A DNA stretch of 62,381 nt, counting the filler, from Nitrospirae bacterium MYbin3 (GTDB lineage Bacteria > Nitrospirota > Thermodesulfovibrionia > Thermodesulfovibrionales > Dissulfurispiraceae), in assembly GCA_002753335.1 (NCBI GenBank). It is 3 parts of 3 records of this genome, joined end to end, with 100 filler letters (N's around TTAATTAATTAA, not from the genome) between each part and the next. Parts side by side here need not be neighbours in the genome. Positions count along the whole stretch, not along the records: positions 48,040 to 62,381 come from PEAD01000040.1; 2 more parts are not named here. The stretch is one strand, 5' to 3'. Of this stretch, positions 55,850 through 62,381 are shown in pieces; the first letter of the stretch is position 1, and each line of letters starts with the position of its first letter. Both the position numbers and the translations under genes were made by a program. The notes under the pieces are model-generated. The model had not been told where the DNA came from and made no database searches. It saw nothing but the letters and a program-made list of their open reading frames with translations.

Positions 55850-57088
55850 CTAATGTTTTGCTGCGGCTTTTTCTGTCCTTAATTTTGCTGCTTCGTCTTT
55901 GATCTTCTGGAGCGTCTCTTTCATAGGCGCCCATCCGTACCAATGCATATAGTCCGGATTCATATGGAACGCGCCCTGGAATGTACGCATCCTGTATTCG
56001 AGGAACATACGATAGAGATCCTGTTCTAAAGAGCTTTTTGCCTCGTAAAACTGAAGCAGGTCTGGCGCAAAGCTCCAGCTTGCCGGTTTCTTAAGCACGC
56101 CGTCATTATAAAGACCCTGCACCACCCTTATAGCCTCGGCAAATATTTTATCCACATCTTTAACAACCATATCGCCTTCATCAAGCTGTTTCTTTGCATA
56201 TGAAGCGCCATGGCATGTGGAGCAAACCTTGGTCATCTTGTCACGCTCTTTCTGGAACTCTTCCTTAGAAAGTCTTGCCACCTTGCCTGCTTTGACCAGC
56301 TCAAGTCTTGCGGTGGGCTGTCCTTTGTCGTCAAGAACGCCGAGCGCCTTAAGGATAGTGACGCGGTCGTTCATCCAGTCTTTATCGTCTTCAGGAAGTC
56401 TTAAAGCTAAAAAGCCCCAAGAGGTTATAACATTATGGTCACCGCCGTTCATGTGGCAGGTCTGGCAGGTGGGAGCCCTCTTGCTGTCTTTTCCTTCGAT
56501 CTGCCATATCGTGCCGTGCTTTGATGTGGAGTACATCTCCCACTGCGGATGGTCAAAGCCCATGTGGCAGGTCTGGCAGGCCCTCGGATCAAGAGCCTCG
56601 CTCTTTTTGAACGAATGCCTTGTATGGCAGGCGTCGCATTGTGCATGGCCGTAGCGCATTTCTGCCTTTTCTTTGGCCGATTTTTCGCCTATCTTATGGC
56701 AGGCTGAACATCCTTTATAACCCTCACCCGTCACAGCCTTGGGCTGGTGTCCCATCATCGGCATTGACGATGATGCTATCCAAGCAAGATTGTGTTTTCC
56801 AGCCTTGAACTGGTCCACCTGATTTTTGTGGCATCCTGCACAGGTTTCAGCGGTGGGCATCTTTGCAAGTTTGTAATCATCTTTCGTCTTGTGGTCCGAG
56901 CCGTGGCATGAAGAACAATCCACGCCGGCCTTCGACATTTTGCCGTCCAGGTGCTGTTTGACAACTCCGGGTGTAACCTTCTCATGGCAGTTTACACAAG
57001 CGCTTTTCTGCGTTTTTTTTGCGGCGAAAGCAACCGTACTCATAAGCAATGCAATAACTATTACTAACGCAAACTTAAAAACTTTCAT
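55850..57088 (-). CDS. periplasmic octaheme cytochrome c, HAO-related family
   Basis: Signal peptide; eight CxxCH (CVNCH, CSSCH, CAGCH, CSACH, CDACH, CQTCH x2, CSTCH); CHTRHSF, HPQWEMY..SKHG, GAFHMNPDY.HWYG. Confidence 0.88.
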   Translation of the reverse strand: MKVFKFALVIVIALLMSTVAFAAKKTQKSACVNCHEKVTPGVVKQHLDGKMSKAGVDCSSCHGSDHKTKDDYKLAKMPTAETCAGCHKNQVDQFKAGKHNLAWIASSSMPMMGHQPKAVTGEGYKGCSACHKIGEKSAKEKAEMRYGHAQCDACHTRHSFKKSEALDPRACQTCHMGFDHPQWEMYSTSKHGTIWQIEGKDSKRAPTCQTCHMNGGDHNVITSWGFLALRLPEDDKDWMNDRVTILKALGVLDDKGQPTARLELVKAGKVARLSKEEFQKERDKMTKVCSTCHGASYAKKQLDEGDMVVKDVDKIFAEAIRVVQGLYNDGVLKKPASWSFAPDLLQFYEAKSSLEQDLYRMFLEYRMRTFQGAFHMNPDYMHWYGWAPMKETLQKIKDEAAKLRTEKAAAKH

Positions 57089-57182
57089 TAATAATTCCTC
57101 CTTATTTTTACAAACAACTACTTGGCTTGTACGAAATAAAAACCCCCTTTCTTTATGGAATAGAATCTGTATATTGAAGTGT

Positions 57183-57227
57183 ATTATATTTTCAGCAATA
57201 AGACCTAAAGTATGATTTAAATCATAC
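57183..57227 (-). promoter_or_regulatory. FNR/CRP-family-like operator plus -10 box of the cytochrome promoter
   Basis: Perfect 18-bp palindrome GTATGATTTAAATCATAC (57210-57227) and minus-strand TATAAT (57188-57183). Confidence 0.6.
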
Positions 57228-57265
57228 CGGGGCAGGCGACTTTAAGTGTGTTATCATATATTTCA

Positions 57266-57979
57266 ATGAGTTCAGCGACAGCCAAAGATATTCATATAGT
57301 GCTAAAGAAACTGGGCAACGACTTGATAGCCGAGCATTCGCAGCGTTTTTTCAAGACCGGCAAAGGCGAATATGCCGAGGGTGATAAGTTTTTAGGAATA
57401 CGTGTTCCTGTGCTCAGAAAGCAGGCCCAAAATTACAAAGACCTTTCTATAAAAGAAACGTTGCTTCTGCTAAAATCCAGCTTTCATGAGGCACGGCTGC
57501 TCGCCCTGTTCATACTCACAAAGAAATTTGCGGAAAGCAGCGACAAACAAAAATCCGAAATTTATAACCTGTATCTGCAAAATATGCAGCATATAAACAA
57601 CTGGGATCTGGTTGACAGCTCTGCCCCTTATATCGTCGGAGCATATCTTGAGAAGAGAGACAAAGCCATGCTTTACAAACTCGCCGCATCAAAGCGTCTC
57701 TGGGAGCGCAGAATCGCAATAGTCGCAACTTTTTATCTTATCCGAAAAAATAATTTTACCGACACACTCGCGATAGCCGAATTGCTACTGAAGGACAAAG
57801 AAGATTTGATACACAAAGCGGTCGGCTGGATGCTCCGCGAAGTTGGCAAACGCGATTTGGAAATCTTAAAAAGTTTTTTGAAAAGGTATTACACAGAAAT
57901 GCCCCGCACAATGCTGCTTATTGCTATCGAAAGATTCCCCGAAAAAGAGCGCAGGGCATATCTTAGCGGCAGTGTTTAG
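57266..57979 (+). CDS. AlkD-like DNA alkylation repair protein (HEAT-like repeats)
   Basis: FFKTGKGEY.EGD.FLGIRVP, NNWDLVD, LWERR, LIHKAVGWMLRE.GKR; start uncertain (57248 or 57266). Confidence 0.88.
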   Translation: MSSATAKDIHIVLKKLGNDLIAEHSQRFFKTGKGEYAEGDKFLGIRVPVLRKQAQNYKDLSIKETLLLLKSSFHEARLLALFILTKKFAESSDKQKSEIYNLYLQNMQHINNWDLVDSSAPYIVGAYLEKRDKAMLYKLAASKRLWERRIAIVATFYLIRKNNFTDTLAIAELLLKDKEDLIHKAVGWMLREVGKRDLEILKSFLKRYYTEMPRTMLLIAIERFPEKERRAYLSGSV

Positions 57980-57986
57980 CTAAAGA

Positions 57987-59054
57987 TTAATCCGGCTTTC
58001 CATCCGAAGAGGAGCTGTCAAAATCCACTATCTTTTTGCCTTTGATGTAATCCTTGGTTTTGTAGCTTGTTATGCTCAGCATTTTTTTGATTATGTCGTT
58101 CATTCTTACACACTGTTCCTTAACCATATCCATTTCATCCTGTGTCATAGGCTGGCCGTCTTTAGCCTTTTTCTCTGTAAGCGAGATAACTCCCTGAACC
58201 ACAGTCATAGGCTGCCTGAGTTCGTGGGCGGTGGCCCCGGACAGTTCTATAATGGCTGAAAGTTTTTCCTGCTCTATGTTTTTGGATATCTCGGCGCTCA
58301 ACCTTCGTGCCAGATAATAAATAATCGCCGAAACAAGAATGCTGCTGATAAATCCGATGATGGCCATGGATATTATGCTCCGGCGTATTTTCATAGCCTG
58401 CAGGGCATCTGAATTTTCCATCGGTATTGTTATGTTTATTGCGCCTCTTATTTTACCCGGACCATAGCCTTCGGCCGCATGACATTTAAAGCAGGGATCG
58501 TCTATCTGTATCGGCGCAATGTATTTAAAAAGCCTGGCGCCGTGATACCCTTTAAAAACGGTCATCGCCTCTTTTGCCCTTCCGGACTCAAGGTCTGCGA
58601 GAGCCTTTCTTTCCCATTCATCAGGAACATTAACAGGATTTATAGGCCGCAGGCTTACAACACGAAACTTATACCCATGCTGCTTATTTGCTATTTCGGA
58701 CATCTCCCTACACATGGTTGCCGGATTTATCTTTGTGAACCGTTTGCCGTCAACAGTGACAATCTCCCTGTGTGGGTCGTCTAAAAAAGGGTTCGGCGGA
58801 GTCTCTTTTGTTGCCTGTACATAAACGCCTCCGTGCTGGGAGTTCCAGATTCTCGTTACCATTATCTGTTCAAAAAATGCCCTCGCAACATCGCGCAGAT
58901 CTGTTATCTGATTTTCATCGATGTCTCTGCGTTCCCAGGTAATCAGAGAAGCAACAATGAGTATCATTATAAGCAGCAGCGGCGCCAGAAACATTATTGT
59001 AAGGCGCAGCGGGTTTGACTCTTTTGTTAAGCTCTTTTTTGCGGTTTCAATCAT
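57987..59054 (-). CDS. membrane sensor with c-heme DUF3365-type periplasmic domain and HisKA-like segment, no ATPase domain
   Basis: TM, HGGVYV..PNPFL, NPA.M.RE, SLRPINP.N.PD.WE..AL, CFKCH, TM, AHELRQP; protein ends about 60 aa later. Confidence 0.8.
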   Translation of the reverse strand: MIETAKKSLTKESNPLRLTIMFLAPLLLIMILIVASLITWERRDIDENQITDLRDVARAFFEQIMVTRIWNSQHGGVYVQATKETPPNPFLDDPHREIVTVDGKRFTKINPATMCREMSEIANKQHGYKFRVVSLRPINPVNVPDEWERKALADLESGRAKEAMTVFKGYHGARLFKYIAPIQIDDPCFKCHAAEGYGPGKIRGAINITIPMENSDALQAMKIRRSIISMAIIGFISSILVSAIIYYLARRLSAEISKNIEQEKLSAIIELSGATAHELRQPMTVVQGVISLTEKKAKDGQPMTQDEMDMVKEQCVRMNDIIKKMLSITSYKTKDYIKGKKIVDFDSSSSDGKPD

Positions 59055-59084
59055 GTCGCAAGGAATAACTCAGGGGATTCCGGC

Positions 59085-60791
59085 TCAGCGTATGTAAGCC
59101 TCGGTAACGTATCGTCTCATCATTCTGTGCGTATTGAAATAATAAGCGTTCTTGCCTATGGCATTTTGCATAATCCTTATCCACAGATGCTTATCGTTAT
59201 AAAATGCCGGGATGATTACATGCTCCAGCTTGTGATACAGATCATCGGCGTCTTTTGAGGGATCAGCAGCAACCTCCGACGACGGGCCTATGGCCCAGCC
59301 TGTGAAGCCTTCGATATGCCCTTCTATCCACCACCCGTCAAGCACACTGAAGTTCGGAACACCGTTGTGAGTGGCTTTCATGCCGCTCGTGCCGGAAGCC
59401 TCAAGCGGTCTCAGAGGCGTATTAAGCCAGACATCAACACCCGACACAAGCTTTAAGGCGAGCTCCATATTGTAGTTTTTCAAAAATACAACCTTAAGCC
59501 TGTCTTTAAGCCTGTCTTTGTATTCGAAAATTTTCTGTATCAGCATCTTGCCGTTTTCATCCCTTGGATGCGCTTTTCCGGCATATATTATCTGGAGCCT
59601 GCCTTCGCCTATCCGCGCAAGTTTTTCGACGTCGGTGAAAAGCAGATCGGCTCGTTTGTATGCGGTCGCCCTGCGGGCAAATCCTATGGTGAAGGTGTCG
59701 TAGTTCATGTCTGCCTGAGCTTCGCGGTTTACATAATCTATTAGAATTCTTTTTGCCTCCATGTGAGCGGTCCAGAGTTCGTCGTCAGGAATGCGGCCGA
59801 CCCTCACAAATATTTCGGGCTCATTAGCCCATCCCGGAAGATATTTGTCAAAAAGCCTTTTCATGCTATCGCAGGTCCAGCTAAAAGAATGCACACCGTT
59901 AGTAATAGCATTGATGTGATAGCCGGGGAACATTCCCTGCGAAACCTCGCCATGCTTTTTCGCAACACCGTTCACATAGTTGCTTAAATTAAGGGCGAGC
60001 AGAGTCAGGTTAAGATTGTCTTTTCCGCCCAGATCTTTCATGACTTCTATGGGCAGCATATTGCAGAGCACTCTCCCTACAATGTCGTAGCTGAATTTAT
60101 CATGTCCGGCAGCAACCGGTGTGTGTGTTGTAAAAACGCAGAGGCTTCTTACCTTGTCAAAATCCCAGACGAGTTTTTCATCCCACACTTCTTCGATATC
60201 CTTTTTGTATCTCAGCAGAAGTTCAAGTGTCAAAAGGCTTGAGTGGCCTTCGTTCATGTGATACTTCTTTATCTCAAAGCCGAGACATTCGAGCATCCTG
60301 ACTCCACCGATGCCGAGGACTATCTCTTGCTTTAGTCTGTAAACCTGGTCGCCTCCATACAAATGATAGGCGATGCCCCTGTCCTGCTCTTCATTTTCGG
60401 GCAGATCGGTGTCTAGAAAAAGCACCGGCATTCTGCCTCCGGTTGCGCTTTCTATAACATAAAGCCATGCTGCCACCGCAACATCCCTGTTTTCTATGCA
60501 GACCGAAACCCTCTCTTTGATCGGAATCATAAACTTCACCGGATCCAGTTCATCCGGCAGTTCTGTCTGTCTTCCGTAAATATCGAGCTCCTGCTTAAAG
60601 TAGCCTTTTTTGGTCAACAAAGTTATCGCGATCATCGGGAGCTTAAGGTCTGTTGCCGATTTTACGGTGTCTCCTGCAAGCACACCGAGGCCTCCGCTGT
60701 AGGTCGGCATATCGCTTCTGATGCCGATCTCCATCGAAAAATATGCTATCTTTGGTTCGTTTATAAAATCGTCAGTCGAGTATTGCGCCAC
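59085..60791 (-). CDS. glgP: alpha-glucan (glycogen) phosphorylase, short form
   Basis: AYFSME, YSGGLGVLAGD, HMNEGH, FARRATAYKR, EASGTSGMK PLP motif. Confidence 0.93.
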   Translation of the reverse strand: MAQYSTDDFINEPKIAYFSMEIGIRSDMPTYSGGLGVLAGDTVKSATDLKLPMIAITLLTKKGYFKQELDIYGRQTELPDELDPVKFMIPIKERVSVCIENRDVAVAAWLYVIESATGGRMPVLFLDTDLPENEEQDRGIAYHLYGGDQVYRLKQEIVLGIGGVRMLECLGFEIKKYHMNEGHSSLLTLELLLRYKKDIEEVWDEKLVWDFDKVRSLCVFTTHTPVAAGHDKFSYDIVGRVLCNMLPIEVMKDLGGKDNLNLTLLALNLSNYVNGVAKKHGEVSQGMFPGYHINAITNGVHSFSWTCDSMKRLFDKYLPGWANEPEIFVRVGRIPDDELWTAHMEAKRILIDYVNREAQADMNYDTFTIGFARRATAYKRADLLFTDVEKLARIGEGRLQIIYAGKAHPRDENGKMLIQKIFEYKDRLKDRLKVVFLKNYNMELALKLVSGVDVWLNTPLRPLEASGTSGMKATHNGVPNFSVLDGWWIEGHIEGFTGWAIGPSSEVAADPSKDADDLYHKLEHVIIPAFYNDKHLWIRIMQNAIGKNAYYFNTHRMMRRYVTEAYIR

Positions 60792-60792
60792 G

Positions 60793-61605
60793 CTAAATCC
60801 CTCCGCATTCTGAAGTCATCTTGAGCAACATTTTAAGGGCAGCTTCTCCCTCATCGCCAATAGCGATTGTGTAAGAATTAACATAAAGACCGATGTGTTC
60901 CATTATCACTTTTTCGGAAAGCTCCTGAGCATGCTGTTTGATATAAGGCATGGCCTCTTCCCTGTGCAGGAGAGAATAGTTTACACTCGCCCTGACAAGG
61001 TTTTCAATAGCGGTAATAACAGCAGGCCCAAATGTTTTTTTTGCGGCAATTCCTCCGAGTGGAAGCGGAAGCCCGGTTTTTTTATCCCACCAGTCGCCGA
61101 GGTCTATCAGCCGGGTCAAGCCATGTTCAGGATAGGTAAAACGCCCTTCGTGTATTATGAGTCCGGCGTCAACTTCCCCATGTGATACTGCATCCATTAT
61201 GAGGTTGAACGGCATAGAAATTAAATTTTCGGACTCAACCGTAAAACTTTCAGTAAAACAGAGCTTGAGCAAAAGAGCTGCTGTGGTGTATCTTCCCGGA
61301 ATAGCTATTTTCCTGTCTTTAAGATCAGATAAAGCCATATCTTTGTTTGCCACAATGAGAGGGCCGCAGCCTCTGCCTAAAGCGGCGCCCGCTTTTAGAA
61401 AAACATAGTCATTCTGCAGATGATAATAGGCATGGCACGATACCTTTGAAATATCCAGCTCCCGTCTAAGCGCAAGACTGTTCAATGTTTCAACATCTTC
61501 GATCGTCAGCTGAAAGTCGAACTCTGCCAACTCAATTTTTTTGTTCGCGATGGCGTAAAAAATAAATGTGTCGTTCGGACAGGGAGAAAAGCCTAGTGTG
61601 GTCAT
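60793..61605 (-). CDS. mqnD: 1,4-dihydroxy-6-naphthoate synthase
   Basis: GFSPCPNDTFIF, DVETLN, GAALGRGCGP, IIHEGRFTY, DLGDWW, HIGLYVN. Confidence 0.93.
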   Translation of the reverse strand: MTTLGFSPCPNDTFIFYAIANKKIELAEFDFQLTIEDVETLNSLALRRELDISKVSCHAYYHLQNDYVFLKAGAALGRGCGPLIVANKDMALSDLKDRKIAIPGRYTTAALLLKLCFTESFTVESENLISMPFNLIMDAVSHGEVDAGLIIHEGRFTYPEHGLTRLIDLGDWWDKKTGLPLPLGGIAAKKTFGPAVITAIENLVRASVNYSLLHREEAMPYIKQHAQELSEKVIMEHIGLYVNSYTIAIGDEGEAALKMLLKMTSECGGI

Positions 61606-61664
61606 GTTTGCAATTTTAGCACTAACGGTTTATATTTACCAATCAAGGCTTAAGGGGGGGCTAA

Positions 61665-62381
61665 ATGAGTATTTATCAAAACATATTGGGTCTTATAGGC
61701 AACACGCCTTTGCTTAGAATTAACCGGATGGCATCCGGCAGCAGCGCCGAGATATGGGCAAAGCTAGAAGGCGCTAACCCCGGAGCATCGGTAAAGGACA
61801 GGATAGCGCTCTCTATGATAGAGGCTGCAGAGCGGGACGGTCTGCTTAAGCCGGGGGCTACTATGATAGAACCAACAAGCGGCAATACCGGCATCGGCCT
61901 TGCCATGGTTGCCACCGTAAAAGGGTACAAACTTATATTGACGATGCCCGAGACGATGTCTATAGAAAGGCGTCAGGTGTTTCAGGCCTTCGGGGCTGAG
62001 CTTGTGCTTACGCCGGGAGAAAAAGGGATGAAGGGCGCTATCGAAAAAGCGGAAGAGATGAAAAGAGAAAATCCCGACTTTTTCATGCCGCAGCAGTTTA
62101 AAAATCCGGCCAACCCAGAGATTCACAGAAAGACAACAGCTCAAGAAATAATAAATGATTTGGGCTGCGTACCGGATGCTTTTGTTGCGGGTGTGGGCAC
62201 CGGAGGCACAGTCACCGGTACAGGCGAAGTTCTGCGTAATAAAAAACAGGACATACTGATAGTTGCTGTAGAGCCGGCAAGCTCGCCGGTGCTTTCTGGC
62301 GGACAACCCGGCAAGCATAAGCTGGCCGGACTTGGCGCAGGTTTTGTTCCGGACATACTCAACACTAAAATATACGATAGA
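61665..62381 (+). CDS. cysK: cysteine synthase A, truncated by window end (absent from the ORF track)
   Basis: [61 protein letters not shown]. Confidence 0.93.
   Translation, partial: MSIYQNILGLIGNTPLLRINRMASGSSAEIWAKLEGANPGASVKDRIALSMIEAAERDGLLKPGATMIEPTSGNTGIGLAMVATVKGYKLILTMPETMSIERRQVFQAFGAELVLTPGEKGMKGAIEKAEEMKRENPDFFMPQQFKNPANPEIHRKTTAQEIINDLGCVPDAFVAGVGTGGTVTGTGEVLRNKKQDILIVAVEPASSPVLSGGQPGKHKLAGLGAGFVPDILNTKIYDR

Noticed and set aside
59085..60791. Glycogen phosphorylase of only 568 aa
   Set aside because: Catalytic and PLP motifs are present, both ends are clean, and short forms are known; not treated as a pseudogene or a novelty
61676..62365. Minus-strand ORFs at the window end
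   Set aside because: Antisense to cysK, which the track missed because it has no stop inside the window
1..62381. CRISPR array, retron/DGR or gasdermin partner for the caspases
   Set aside because: By eye I found no regularly spaced repeat-spacer array, reverse transcriptase, cas gene or gasdermin-like ORF; a divergent partner elsewhere in the genome cannot be excluded

Overview
The window is three contigs (1-24225, 24326-47939, 48040-62381) joined by artificial 100-nt N/TTAATTAATTAA spacers, so adjacency across the gaps means nothing. Gene content suggests a diderm anaerobe, probably a Nitrospirota/Thermodesulfovibrionia-like draft genome or MAG (inference only). Most of it is housekeeping: hflX, nifSU, purine/MTA salvage, futalosine-pathway mqnP/mqnD, queD, pmbA, the 3' end of 23S rRNA, rpoD, pheA-hisC-aroF-iorA, ctpA-envC-ftsXE, split transketolase, radical SAM-rng, tRNA-Asn, sdhCAB, an octaheme cytochrome, glgP and cysK. 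The standout is a 10.3-kb tandem array (12138-22393) of six predicted lipoproteins. Each has an intact caspase-family (C14) protease domain fused to a different N-terminal module (ankyrin, TPR, PDZ, unknown alpha/beta domains), and four share a closely similar protease plus SHOCT-like tail. Other notable items: a large serine recombinase whose C-terminus is read from the antisense of tRNA-Asn; a structured ~181-bp TIR element with two partial copies around a toxin-antitoxin relic; a 72-bp palindromic repeat in frame inside a signal peptide; likely ATA (hflX) and CTG (MNT antitoxin) start codons; a 23S rRNA with no 5S behind it; an unannotated 49-aa histone-H1-like protein; and an FNR/CRP-like box upstream of the octaheme cytochrome.
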